Positions 9,939 through 19,363 of a stretch of DNA of 64,000 bases are shown here, piece by piece; positions within the stretch are counted from its first letter, which is position 1; the number at the start of each line of letters is the position of its first letter. Origin of the DNA: a virus. The DNA lies in the IMG/VR virus record IMGVR_UViG_3300020185_000024, positions 1 to 64,000 of that record; one strand, 5' to 3'. A model generated the notes under the pieces. It was not told the DNA's origin and searched no databases. It saw nothing but the letters and a program-made list of their open reading frames with translations. Both the position numbers and the translations under genes were made by a program.

Positions 9939-11060
9939 TTATCTTTGGATATATCTATTAGAATTATCTTCTAGATTAGTTGCCCATACATAATGATCAA
10001 GTCTTTGCGTATGGTCATTAGGATTTAAGTACATCCTATCTGCTCTAGGTAATTCTCTCATCATACCATTTTCTCCTATAAAATTGTAACCTATACTAAA
10101 GTCATCAATACCATAAGAATTTTTTATTACTTTTAACCCTCTAAATCTGTTATATCCGCTATCAGTTATAAATTTAGGAATTTCGTAATTAGCATACTTT
10201 TCAACGCCTAATTTGTAAGGGTTAATTAATCCTATAACTATATCTGCGTTTTCATAAGTGTCTGCCGTTCCTTTAAAATCTTTTGGTTGTATATCTAATT
10301 CAGTTTTTTGTCCTCTATATGTATCTTCAATTGATCTATTTAATTGAGTTATATCTATAGGAACCATGTTGTAAAAATCTCTAAGTTCATCAGCCATATA
10401 ACTAGAATGTTTATCCAGTATTTGCTTATCTCCAAAATGACCACTTTCTCCTTTTACTTTACCAATATGGTCAGTAATATGAAAAACAATTTCATTTGGG
10501 TCATTAGGGATATATTTTTTATTATGAACTGTCACTTGTTCTATTCTTCCTCTTTGAAGCATATATTCTTTTGCGAACTTATATACTCCAGTTGGATTAG
10601 TAGAACCAGATATAAACTCCATGTGTTCAAATAATTCATCAAAATAACCAGCATAAGATCTGACTATTTCCCATAATCTAGGAGTCATATCATATAACTT
10701 ATTAGGCCATCCTAAAATAGTAGGAACATCTATAAGAATTTTATGGTCTTTATACATTTTGTACGCTACCCATTTAGCTCTTTTATGTTCTTCTCCTCTT
10801 TCCATAGACCTATAAATCCATTTAGGCTTAACTGATACAGTATCTCTATTGGCTAACCACCAATCAAAAGCTTCTAATACAAATATACTGTCTACAATTG
10901 CTGTTTTACCTGAGCCAGGCATTCCTCCAAAAAGAACATACATTCCTTTGGTAATACTTATTTCACCATTTAATTTAGCATGAGCTAAAGGAATGTGATT
11001 TTTTTGAGTTGCTGTTACTCTTGCTTTTTCGGCAAATTCTAAGTGTCTACTATTGCTCAT
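9939..11060 (-). CDS. DnaB-like SF4 replicative helicase
   Basis: GMPGSGKT, SMER, TDHIG, TQLNR, ADIVIG, KNSYG. Confidence 0.85.
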   Translation of the reverse strand: MSNSRHLEFAEKARVTATQKNHIPLAHAKLNGEISITKGMYVLFGGMPGSGKTAIVDSIFVLEAFDWWLANRDTVSVKPKWIYRSMERGEEHKRAKWVAYKMYKDHKILIDVPTILGWPNKLYDMTPRLWEIVRSYAGYFDELFEHMEFISGSTNPTGVYKFAKEYMLQRGRIEQVTVHNKKYIPNDPNEIVFHITDHIGKVKGESGHFGDKQILDKHSSYMADELRDFYNMVPIDITQLNRSIEDTYRGQKTELDIQPKDFKGTADTYENADIVIGLINPYKLGVEKYANYEIPKFITDSGYNRFRGLKVIKNSYGIDDFSIGYNFIGENGMMRELPRADRMYLNPNDHTQRLDHYVWATNLEDNSNRYIQR

Positions 11061-11599
11061 TATAAATATTTTACATTAGATTGAACATTAGCATCTGCAC
11101 CACCTTCAACTTCTTCGCAAAAAGAAGCTAATCTAGATTTTTTCATTTTTTCTGAATCAGATTTAAAAATAAAATAATCTGCTTGTTGCAAAAATCTTAA
11201 ATCATCTACAGTACTAATATATAGTTCTGCAGCTTTTATTATAGTATCTTTATTAAATTGAGGATATAATTCTGTAAACTTTTTCATTTTCATTAAACAA
11301 CCTATAGAATCTCCCATAGCTCCAGGTTTAAGACCTTTAAATTGATCTCTGTATTCTTGAATCCAATCTTTAATATTAGATTCTTCTTCTATGAAAACTT
11401 CTTTTCCTAAAGCTCTAATAGATACAATCTGTAATTCTGGATCGTATTTAATAAATTGTTTTTGTTGAAGATGTAAAAGTTCTTCGTCAGTTGCATATTT
11501 GCGTTGCACATTATTTTTTGAAGCTGCAAATAATAACCAAAATTGATTAGGTGATATCTTGTATTTATCTAATATCTTTTTCTTCATTAAAACTTCCAT
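11060..11599 (-). CDS. Hypothetical replication-associated protein (start revised to ATG 11599)
   Basis: TAATG-coupled to the helicase; the upstream part of the track ORF overlaps a terminator and a promoter-like TAAATTTCG. Confidence 0.65.
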   Translation of the reverse strand: MEVLMKKKILDKYKISPNQFWLLFAASKNNVQRKYATDEELLHLQQKQFIKYDPELQIVSIRALGKEVFIEEESNIKDWIQEYRDQFKGLKPGAMGDSIGCLMKMKKFTELYPQFNKDTIIKAAELYISTVDDLRFLQQADYFIFKSDSEKMKKSRLASFCEEVEGGADANVQSNVKYL

Positions 11600-11619
11600 A
11601 ATTACGAAATTTAGATAAA

Positions 11620-11651
11620 TAAAAAAGGGGACCACAATAAAGTAGTCCCCG
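11620..11651 (-). terminator. Intrinsic terminator
   Basis: Minus strand GGGGAC...GTCCCC plus T run. Confidence 0.7.
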
Positions 11652-11674
11652 TCTTAAGGATTTTTTAAGCGTAC

Positions 11675-11959
11675 TTATGACAATCCGTGAAATACTTTCT
11701 CGCCTGAAAGAATTTCATATCTTTCAGTTATAGCGTTGTAATCTTCCATTGCAGAAATTAAATTTCCACTGTTAAATGGAACTGAATACCTTGCTTTTTC
11801 GACATTCATAGTAGCTTCTGCGACTTGTCCTTCAAGAGATAAAAGATCTCTTTGCAATTGTAAGTTTGCTTTTTTAGCAGCAGTTTCCATTGCTGCTTTG
11901 TTTTTAGATTTCTCGTCTTTCGAAATTACTGATAAATAGCTGTTTGTTGTATTTGCCAT
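11675..11959 (-). CDS. Coiled-coil hypothetical protein
   Basis: 94 aa, flanked by its own promoter and terminator. Confidence 0.7.
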   Translation of the reverse strand: MANTTNSYLSVISKDEKSKNKAAMETAAKKANLQLQRDLLSLEGQVAEATMNVEKARYSVPFNSGNLISAMEDYNAITERYEILSGEKVFHGLS

Positions 11960-12002
11960 TTTTTAAAATTTTTAAAAATTTGTTTTTTGTTCAACTTTAC
12001 TA

Positions 12003-12010
12003 CAAATATA
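12003..12010 (-). promoter_or_regulatory. Bacteroidota-type -7 promoter element TATATTTG
   Basis: Matches the TAnnTTTG consensus upstream of the 11959 start. Confidence 0.6.
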
Positions 12011-12056
12011 ATAAAGTTAAACTTTATAATAATAATCTTTAATATCTTATGAAAAT

Positions 12057-12347
12057 TTAAACAGTTGGATTTAATGGTTCAGATAGAAAAGGTTTTCTTT
12101 TCTTTCTTTTAGTTATTGAAAATTCACTTGCTTTCAGATTTTCATTTTCTGGTTCTAATTCTACCATAGGCATAGCAGGCATAGCACTAATAGCTTCTTT
12201 AAGATCGTTTAAATAAGAAGATTTTTTTTCAGTAATAGCTGTTATAACTACTCTTTTTCTTCCAGTTTTAGGAACGCTTCTTTTTTGTTTAACTTTATTA
12301 GCTTGCATAGCTTTGCCCATAGCTACAATTTCATCTGCACTTGGCAT
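12057..12347 (-). CDS. Basic hypothetical protein
   Basis: 96-aa ORF, co-directional. Confidence 0.6.
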   Translation of the reverse strand: MPSADEIVAMGKAMQANKVKQKRSVPKTGRKRVVITAITEKKSSYLNDLKEAISAMPAMPMVELEPENENLKASEFSITKRKKRKPFLSEPLNPTV

Positions 12348-12519
12348 ATAAAAAATATTATAGAATAAAAGCTACAACTTAACCAAATAACTTGGGTAAT
12401 CATAACCATATCCTTGATATAATAATCGAAATTCTAATAATGTATTATCAAGTATTTGTTTATTTGATAACTTTATATTTTTTTTTCGTCTTATCTGTAT
12501 TTTGTTTTTATATTTATTT

Positions 12520-12804
12520 TTAGTAATCATATAAAAGGTTATAAAAACAATCTTGTTTTCTCACTCTATAAACTGGTCTATAAACAGGATTAGGTTCAAT
12601 AATATAGCTTTTAACTACATTTTTACCATTTCTAGTTTCATAGACAGGAGTTGAGATTACTCTATTAACATTTAAGTTATAAACAGGAGTAATTGGCTGT
12701 AGATGAACAGTTCTTACAAGTTTATAATTAACGTTAGTTTGAGATTTACTTATTATAGTCATACTTAACAATAAAGTAAAACTGTATAATATCTTTTTTT
12801 TCAT
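12520..12804 (-). CDS. Hypothetical protein with signal peptide
   Basis: MKKKILYSFTLLLSMTIISKSQ resembles a Bacteroidota Sec signal followed by Q. Confidence 0.6.
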   Translation of the reverse strand: MKKKILYSFTLLLSMTIISKSQTNVNYKLVRTVHLQPITPVYNLNVNRVISTPVYETRNGKNVVKSYIIEPNPVYRPVYRVRKQDCFYNLLYDY

Positions 12805-12805
12805 T

Positions 12806-13981
12806 TTATTTCATTTTTTTAATTAATTCTACATATTTATTATTTTTAAATACTTTTTTAAATTCGTATTTTTCAATATTAGTTGAATCTATAGCATCTA
12901 AAGCTTTAGACATCCATTCTTCCTCGATAGTGTCTTTAGAGCATAGTATTGTTATTTCTCCTATGTGCTCTTTTCTGTATCTAATTATTCTACCTATTCG
13001 TTGAATCATAGATAAAGGATTTGAATTAAAGGCTACTATAATAGCTCCGTCCATATTGGGTAAATCTTCTCCTTCATTTAAAGCTTGAACACATCCTAAA
13101 ACATTGATTTTTTCTGCTACAAATTTATCATAGTCTGAACTATTAGTTTTACTATGATAAGTATGTTTACATAAAGCTTCAATTTGTTTTATTCCTCCTC
13201 CAAAAACTAAATATCTTTTCTTTGGATCTATAGTTTTTAAAACGCCTTTTCCTACTTTTAATTTTGTAGGAATATTATGCAAGAATCTCATTCTTTCTAA
13301 TAATAGCATCTTAGGTGGAGTTACATCTCTGTCTCTATAACTAGCCAATCTTCTAGATCTATAGTTATAAGCGTCTCTCTCACTTTGATAAAATCTGTTT
13401 TTAGCATTTCCTGCTTGGACATTTTTTTCTCTAGTGTCTAAATCGTAATAGATTACTCTTAATTTAAAAGGAGATACTACACCATCTTCTAATGCTTTAT
13501 CTAAAGGATACTCATATATTACTGGAGCATATCTATTTAACATTTTAGATTTTTCTATGTCTCTAGGTAATGTAGCAGTAAGTCCTAATACTTTATCAAC
13601 TTGATTTTGCTTAAAGAATTGAGAATTAAGTTCAGTTATATGGTGAGCTTCATCTAAAATTACTAAATCAAAGTGTTCATCTTTAATTTTATTTATGCTC
13701 TTATAACAAGACATATTTATAAATTCAAGAAGTCCTTCTTTTTTCCATTTTTTAAATTCTTCTGGCCAACGATCATCTCTTAATTTAGTAGTTGGAACAG
13801 CTATTAGAACTTTAAAACTCTTTTTTTTACAAAAAGCTTCTTTGACATGTTCGCATAAATCTACTCCAACTTTTGTTTTACCTGCTCCAGTAGCTGCAGA
13901 TATAGTTCCTATATAATTATTAGAAACTATAACTCTTTGCATATCTTCTTGTACTTTTTGTTTTTTAACGTGAATATTCAT
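12806..13981 (-). CDS. SF2 (DEAH) helicase
   Basis: ATGAGKT, DEAHH, GLTAT, LNEGEDLP, QRIGRIIR. Confidence 0.9.
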   Translation of the reverse strand: MNIHVKKQKVQEDMQRVIVSNNYIGTISAATGAGKTKVGVDLCEHVKEAFCKKKSFKVLIAVPTTKLRDDRWPEEFKKWKKEGLLEFINMSCYKSINKIKDEHFDLVILDEAHHITELNSQFFKQNQVDKVLGLTATLPRDIEKSKMLNRYAPVIYEYPLDKALEDGVVSPFKLRVIYYDLDTREKNVQAGNAKNRFYQSERDAYNYRSRRLASYRDRDVTPPKMLLLERMRFLHNIPTKLKVGKGVLKTIDPKKRYLVFGGGIKQIEALCKHTYHSKTNSSDYDKFVAEKINVLGCVQALNEGEDLPNMDGAIIVAFNSNPLSMIQRIGRIIRYRKEHIGEITILCSKDTIEEEWMSKALDAIDSTNIEKYEFKKVFKNNKYVELIKKMK

Positions 13982-13982
13982 T

Positions 13983-15902
13983 TTAAAATAGTTCTAATTG
14001 TTTAGGTTCCAGTACATCTATTATTTTTTGAGTAGCTGAAATGTAATAATTATAATTGATTTTATAGTCTTTTATATCTCTTTCTATATAATCATTTAAC
14101 AATTCTACATTGTATCCTGCACATAAATCATTAAGACTTCCTTTTTCTTTATGTTTCTTATAAAATTTAGATTGAGTTTTAGATACATAGTACCTATTTG
14201 TTTTTTGACAAGGAATTATTACTAATTCTGTTTTATCTTCATTTAAAGTATGAAATTCAGCTTTAAATTGACTTCCTATTTTCTGAGCCATACAAAAGTC
14301 GTAAACGTCTGTATGACCTTCTATAGTCTCTTTAATAGGCTTATTATTGATAAAATACTCATATAAAGCTAAAGAAACAATAGGTTTATCATAAGAGCAG
14401 GTATAATTCATACTAGCAAATGTAGATTCTACACTTAAATCTCTTACAAATGCTCCTTTTTCTTTGATTTTGTCATCTTCAGTTTGAATGCTATAATTAT
14501 TTACATCTCTAATGATACATTTTTTATAATTAGCAAATTCAAGAGGAATATTTACATATTCTTCAAATTCTTTGCAGATTTCATAGAATTTATCTATTTT
14601 ATCTACTGGAACTTTAGCAGTAGCTCCATCAGTATTAGCATAAAATATCTCAATACCTTCTAATTCCAATTCTTCAATTAACATTAAAAGGAATAATTGA
14701 CCATTTAATGTAACTGAATAACTAGATTTAGCGTCTTTTAACCAACCGTAATCAAAGTTAAGCTTACCATAAACTGAATTAATAACAATTTTTAAAGCAT
14801 CTGCTACAGTTTTATTACCTGCTGCCTTAGCTTCTAATCTTTCGTTTACTATTCTTTTAAATAAATTTAAAAACCTTTTAGATAAATGTTCTGGAAATAT
14901 ATTAAGATTGATCATTAAATTAGGATAATAACTACCAAAATCTAAGTCTATTATCTTGTGAGTATCAGTAGTCTCAACTACCATAGGCTTATTACTACTA
15001 TGCAATCCTCCTAATAGTATGTCATATTTACTATTATTGATTACTACAGTTCTTTTAAACTTATCTCCTAAATTCCAGGTAGTAGATTTAATAGAGTTTA
15101 ATAACTCATTTAAAATCTTACCTTTAAATACTACTTGATTTGAGATACAATCCTTTAAATCTATACTAGATCTTTCAGTTTTTATATCTTTAAATTGCTT
15201 ATAATATTTGCCAGTCTCTTGTTCCCAAAGTTTTTTCATTAAAACATCTCCGACACCAGACCTACTTTTACTTAAAACATTTACTTCATAAGCTTCTCCT
15301 ACTGAAAATCTTATTTTAATTTCACTGCTTACTATTTCTGCTAATCTTTTAGTAGCATCTACATCATTAAGATTGTAACTTAATATTTCTTCTACTTCTT
15401 CTAATTTAACAGGTTCATCAAAAGGTTTAGGTAAATCTTGAACTTTGTGCCATCTCATAGCAATACATGCTTGCTTTAATGTAACATAATTCTTATCAAA
15501 TGCCATTAAAGACATTAAATCTAAAGATTTATAAGGAGAGTTATTAGGAAATAACAATTTCTTAAGTTTCTTACTGTTGTAAATACTATTACCCTTTCTC
15601 TGACTTCCTATAATATCTTTACTTAGTTCATATAATTCATCTGTAATAATATATGCGCTTTTATTTCTAAGTATTCTTTGATTTTCTAAAATATAGTTAG
15701 TTATAATGTCATCGTATTTAGAATTGTTATAACCAACTAAAAATAAGACTTCATTTTGTATAAATTCTACAAAATCTTTTATCTCATTTACATCTTCATG
15801 AACATAAAATACTCTAATTTCTTCAGAATTTCTATCTCTAAAAGTAGAACTAAAAAAATTAGGAAATACTTCATGATCATGGACCCATACTCTTTTTTCC
15901 AT
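13983..15902 (-). CDS. polB: Family B DNA polymerase
   Basis: ExoI DHEVF, ExoII YNNSKYD, ExoIII YNLND; polymerase motifs DFGSYYP, KIVINSVYG, YANTDG. Confidence 0.95.
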   Translation of the reverse strand: MEKRVWVHDHEVFPNFFSSTFRDRNSEEIRVFYVHEDVNEIKDFVEFIQNEVLFLVGYNNSKYDDIITNYILENQRILRNKSAYIITDELYELSKDIIGSQRKGNSIYNSKKLKKLLFPNNSPYKSLDLMSLMAFDKNYVTLKQACIAMRWHKVQDLPKPFDEPVKLEEVEEILSYNLNDVDATKRLAEIVSSEIKIRFSVGEAYEVNVLSKSRSGVGDVLMKKLWEQETGKYYKQFKDIKTERSSIDLKDCISNQVVFKGKILNELLNSIKSTTWNLGDKFKRTVVINNSKYDILLGGLHSSNKPMVVETTDTHKIIDLDFGSYYPNLMINLNIFPEHLSKRFLNLFKRIVNERLEAKAAGNKTVADALKIVINSVYGKLNFDYGWLKDAKSSYSVTLNGQLFLLMLIEELELEGIEIFYANTDGATAKVPVDKIDKFYEICKEFEEYVNIPLEFANYKKCIIRDVNNYSIQTEDDKIKEKGAFVRDLSVESTFASMNYTCSYDKPIVSLALYEYFINNKPIKETIEGHTDVYDFCMAQKIGSQFKAEFHTLNEDKTELVIIPCQKTNRYYVSKTQSKFYKKHKEKGSLNDLCAGYNVELLNDYIERDIKDYKINYNYYISATQKIIDVLEPKQLELF

Positions 15903-15904
15903 AG

Positions 15905-16000
15905 AGGTTATTGCAAGACTCGAACTTGCGACTTCGTGTGTATTAAATGGTTTACCTTAGCTTACCAACCACAATGCTCTACCAACTGAGCTAAATAACC
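15905..16000 (-). tRNA. tRNA-like element with expanded (31-nt) anticodon loop; isotype not assignable
   Basis: Acceptor GGTTATT/AATAACC, D-arm GCTC-AGTTGGTA-GAGC, T-arm GCAAG-TTCGAGT-CTTGC, anticodon stem TTGTG/CACGA. Confidence 0.75.
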
Positions 16001-16067
16001 AAATTGCTGCATCCCATCATCTAATTCTTCTTAAAAGAATCCTCGATAGAATATTTAGCAGCTAGTT

Positions 16068-16343
16068 TTATTTTTTAGGTTTTTCACCTAAAATAGCTTG
16101 AAGATTAGTTCTAATAACAGCATTTTGTTCTTGAGTAATTCTCAATTCTTCTCTTTCTTTAGCTTTAGCTTTAGCTAATTTTTCTAAATTGACAATTTCA
16201 TCAGTCAAACCTCTGTTAAAAGTTTCTATTTCTTTCTCTACAGTATTAATTTGATTAATACCTTCAGTAATAAAGGATACTATTTCTTTACTCTTCTTTA
16301 TTAAAGAATCTTTATCTGTTTTTTTCTTATTTTCAAAGATCAT
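16068..16343 (-). CDS. Coiled-coil hypothetical protein
   Basis: 91 aa in a run of overlapping ORFs. Confidence 0.65.
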   Translation of the reverse strand: MIFENKKKTDKDSLIKKSKEIVSFITEGINQINTVEKEIETFNRGLTDEIVNLEKLAKAKAKEREELRITQEQNAVIRTNLQAILGEKPKK

Positions 16344-16680
16344 TTTTATCTGTTTTTTTTACTGTTCCTAATCCAGGAACAATAAAATTAGTATAATGAT
16401 CGCTTTTATTTGTAAATCCTGAAATACTATTTCTCATTTTTTCTCTATATTCTTTTTTAAGAAGTTTTAGATTCTGCTTTTGAGCTGCAGTTTTTTTAAA
16501 TTCTGATTGATTTTTTATCAGCGTCTTAGGCCATAATCCATCATTAATCATCATGCTTACTCTTAAAACTCTTCCTTGAGTTTCATGGTCAAACGCCATA
16601 GGAATATGTTTGTTTTTTTCATATCCCATTATTATTCTGTCAGCGTAGTATTCGTTTATATTACGAGTTAGATATCCCAT
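16333..16680 (-). CDS. Hypothetical protein
   Basis: 115 aa, overlaps neighbours. Confidence 0.6.
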   Translation of the reverse strand: MGYLTRNINEYYADRIIMGYEKNKHIPMAFDHETQGRVLRVSMMINDGLWPKTLIKNQSEFKKTAAQKQNLKLLKKEYREKMRNSISGFTNKSDHYTNFIVPGLGTVKKTDKNDL

Positions 16681-16900
16681 TTAATTTCATTTCTAAATTA
16701 CTAATACCGTCTTGAACTTTTATTTTGTAAAAACTTTCACGGTTAATTTTTCCATTTCTTATTCTATTTCTAGAGATAAGTTCTACAGAACCTTTATGTA
16801 GAAGTCTGTCCATTTGAGCAGCTCCTAATTTTATTAAAGGTCGTATTCTTTTACCTGATTTTATAAATTCTTTCATATTTAATAATTTTTTGAATACCAA
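16661..16900 (-). CDS. Hypothetical protein
   Basis: 79 aa, overlaps neighbours; start may be the internal Met. Confidence 0.55.
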   Translation of the reverse strand: MVFKKLLNMKEFIKSGKRIRPLIKLGAAQMDRLLHKGSVELISRNRIRNGKINRESFYKIKVQDGISNLEMKLNGISNS

Positions 16901-17115
16901 TTCTTAAAAAGATAAAAATCTTCGGAAATAACACTATATAAAAGCTTTTTAGAAGCGTCTTTTTTCTTGGTAACTTCGTTATTGTATTTTACAATAATCT
17001 TTTCAATTTCAATTGAAGAATGTTGTTTACTTCTTAAAAAGTGTCTAACTCCTTTTTGAGCATTTTTAGCATTCTTTTTCTTTGAAGATTTTTTTTGAAT
17101 TATTTCATTATTCAT
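16879..17115 (-). CDS. Basic hypothetical protein
   Basis: 78 aa, preceded by a TATATTTG promoter element and the TAATCTAAAA motif. Confidence 0.65.
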   Translation of the reverse strand: MNNEIIQKKSSKKKNAKNAQKGVRHFLRSKQHSSIEIEKIIVKYNNEVTKKKDASKKLLYSVISEDFYLFKNWYSKNY

Positions 17116-17140
17116 TAATTTTAATTTTTAGATTAGACAA

Positions 17141-17148
17141 CAAATATA
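17141..17148 (-). promoter_or_regulatory. Bacteroidota-type -7 element TATATTTG
   Basis: Consensus match just downstream of a hairpin (17151-17178). Confidence 0.6.
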
Positions 17149-17391
17149 GGATAGGAGAGGAACTAATTCCTCTCCCTATTATAATAATAATTACTTTAAT
17201 ATACAGATTGCCATATATTAATGGATAATTGCAATGTAATATTCCATCACAATAACCTACAAGTTTTTGACTTGCTTGCTTATACGAACTACATTTTTTA
17301 AATTTATGTAGCGAAAGAGTTCCAAATTCTTCCTTTTTTATATTCTAACGAGAATAAGCTCTCGATCCTAAGTTTCCTTAGAATGTTATCT

Positions 17392-17640
17392 TTAAAGGCT
17401 ATACGCCTTTTTATACTCTTCTATTTCTTTACTACATTTTTCATGTAAAGAATTTTTTCCTATTTTTCCTAGATTATAATAGAATGTATTCCAAGAATAC
17501 AGATTAGCCAAATGTTTTCTAGCTTCTCTTCCATCTAATTTTAATCCTAATCTTGCTCTATAAGCAATAGTTTCAGAGCTAGGTTTTTTTATAGCTCTAT
17601 CTAAATCAAAGGGCTTGGCCCAATTTTTGAATTTACTCAA
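17392..17640 (-). CDS. Hypothetical protein
   Basis: 82 aa, TTG start. Confidence 0.55.
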   Translation of the reverse strand: MSKFKNWAKPFDLDRAIKKPSSETIAYRARLGLKLDGREARKHLANLYSWNTFYYNLGKIGKNSLHEKCSKEIEEYKKAYSL

Positions 17641-17659
17641 AATTAATAATTGTTATAAT

Positions 17660-17872
17660 TTAATAATTGTTCCATAATGTGTCAAGTATAGTATCTGTTT
17701 TGTGGAACTTCTCAAAATTTGATACACTTGAATCTTTAATTTTTTTGTAGTTTTTAATCTCTTTTAATAAGTTCTTACAATAACTGTGAATACCTATTAT
17801 AAGAGCGACTACAACTATGAATCTAACTAGCAGACTCAATAATTGTAGTCTCTTCTTCCAACCCTTTTTCAT
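17660..17872 (-). CDS. Small membrane protein
   Basis: Basic N-terminus followed by hydrophobic segment LLSLLVRFIVVVALIIGI. Confidence 0.6.
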   Translation of the reverse strand: MKKGWKKRLQLLSLLVRFIVVVALIIGIHSYCKNLLKEIKNYKKIKDSSVSNFEKFHKTDTILDTLWNNY

Positions 17873-18049
17873 AGAGTTTATTTTTTATTAAAATTAGAGC
17901 TTTGTTTATCTCCTCCATTATGTATTCCTGATCTACTAGAAGTCACCCTAGAATACTTTTACCATTATATGCTTATCTAGCAAACATATATTTTAGGACC
18001 GCTGGAATAATTTAATCAGATTTCCACTTACTTCTGAACTCTAATTAAT

Positions 18050-18883
18050 TTAAAATATGTATCTTATGCTACTTCTTTTAAAGTATTGACAATAAATATT
18101 TACAAGTTTATCTAAACTTTTACGTTTAGCTTTTATAGGATAACGCTTTACCCCTGAGCTATTCTTAACTTCTGAACTATATTTCATAAGTTCTTGTGCT
18201 TCAGGACTTGCTTTTGCCATTTGTAAGTCATGATTAGTAAGAGCTATAATTTCACATGGTGTTTCTCCTAATATATCTTTAGCCATTTTAAAAAGTTCGT
18301 CATATAACAAACTTCCTTTTGGATAAAAAATAATAGGTGAAAAGTTTATGTGGACTTCCCAACCTAATTTCCTTAACCTAGCTCCTTCTCTGAGTCTGTC
18401 TTCTATAGGTTGCATCTTAGGTTCTAAAATGTTACTATACTTTTGAGGCATAACAGAAATTCTTACTCTTGGTTTTTTATTGAAATGATTTACATCTAGT
18501 TTCAACAAACTAGGGTATTTTGTAGCCATTGTACTATTTAATCTTGGATGATCATCATATTTTTTTAGATAATCTATCAAAGGCTCTGGCATATGCTTTT
18601 GCATAAGTACTAAGTCAGTGTTACATGCAATGTCTACCATCGTATACACTGGGTCTTGTTGATCAGGTACTTTAGTATAGGTTTTCTCCCACTCAACTAC
18701 TGAGTTAAATATTTCATCAACATTGTTGTTGACAAATACTCTATGTCCATTGTATCTGGACATATAACAGTACGAGTCAATACAGCCACCAAAACACCCA
18801 TAGATAATATTAGGTGCTATACAATTAGCACTATTGTTATTGGGTTTGGTAGTAAGTGATTTAGTTATTTGATTTTTAATCAT
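18050..18883 (-). CDS. Spore photoproduct lyase (SplB)-like radical SAM protein
   Basis: YGCFGGCIDSYCY Cys cluster, DIACNTD, ATKY, RISVMPQ, GWEVHINFSPII. Confidence 0.8.
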   Translation of the reverse strand: MIKNQITKSLTTKPNNNSANCIAPNIIYGCFGGCIDSYCYMSRYNGHRVFVNNNVDEIFNSVVEWEKTYTKVPDQQDPVYTMVDIACNTDLVLMQKHMPEPLIDYLKKYDDHPRLNSTMATKYPSLLKLDVNHFNKKPRVRISVMPQKYSNILEPKMQPIEDRLREGARLRKLGWEVHINFSPIIFYPKGSLLYDELFKMAKDILGETPCEIIALTNHDLQMAKASPEAQELMKYSSEVKNSSGVKRYPIKAKRKSLDKLVNIYCQYFKRSSIRYIF

Positions 18884-18958
18884 ATTCTAAAAATTATTTG
18901 CATACAACAATGTATATAGTGTATAGCCAATTCAACATTCTTTTTAACTTGTAGCTTT

Positions 18959-19363
18959 TTAGTCTTTTTTTTCTGGAAATGCAGTTTCTTCTATTAAAGG
19001 TTTTTCTTCTTCGTAAATATCTATTAAAGATATTCCAAAGTCTTTTTGAAGTTGCTCATCTATAATCTCATTAGTAAATCCTAATTTATTTGCACATATT
19101 TTGTTAATAGAGTATATTAATCTATTGACATTATCTGCTTTATTTCTTAAGACTTCTGTTTCTTCATTATAAATTCTAACTGATTCAGCAATATCATCAT
19201 TAGTTATGGGATTATATTTATTAATCATTAAGATTATAAGCGTTATACTTATAAGAATTAAGTTCATTAAAAAATAAAATTCTCCGCTAGCATACTGAAA
19301 TATAGATAATAAGGCTAAAAAGCCTAAACTAAAATTGTTTGTTATTTCTAAAAATTTATTCAT
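18959..19363 (-). CDS. Membrane protein with two N-terminal TM segments
   Basis: Two hydrophobic stretches then a coiled-coil/acidic tail. Confidence 0.65.
   Translation of the reverse strand: MNKFLEITNNFSLGFLALLSIFQYASGEFYFLMNLILISITLIILMINKYNPITNDDIAESVRIYNEETEVLRNKADNVNRLIYSINKICANKLGFTNEIIDEQLQKDFGISLIDIYEEEKPLIEETAFPEKKD

Noticed and set aside
13983-15902. Intein or intron in PolB (also checked TerL and the helicases)
   Set aside because: Lengths and motif spacing are compact; no intein splice-junction or endonuclease motifs were seen
15756-15989. Plus-strand 77-aa ORF
   Set aside because: Antisense to the polB start and the tRNA-like element; no protein-like features
17985-18010. GCGGTCCTAA (minus strand) resembling a twister ribozyme core
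   Set aside because: The following AAGC and the required pseudoknot pairings could not be found
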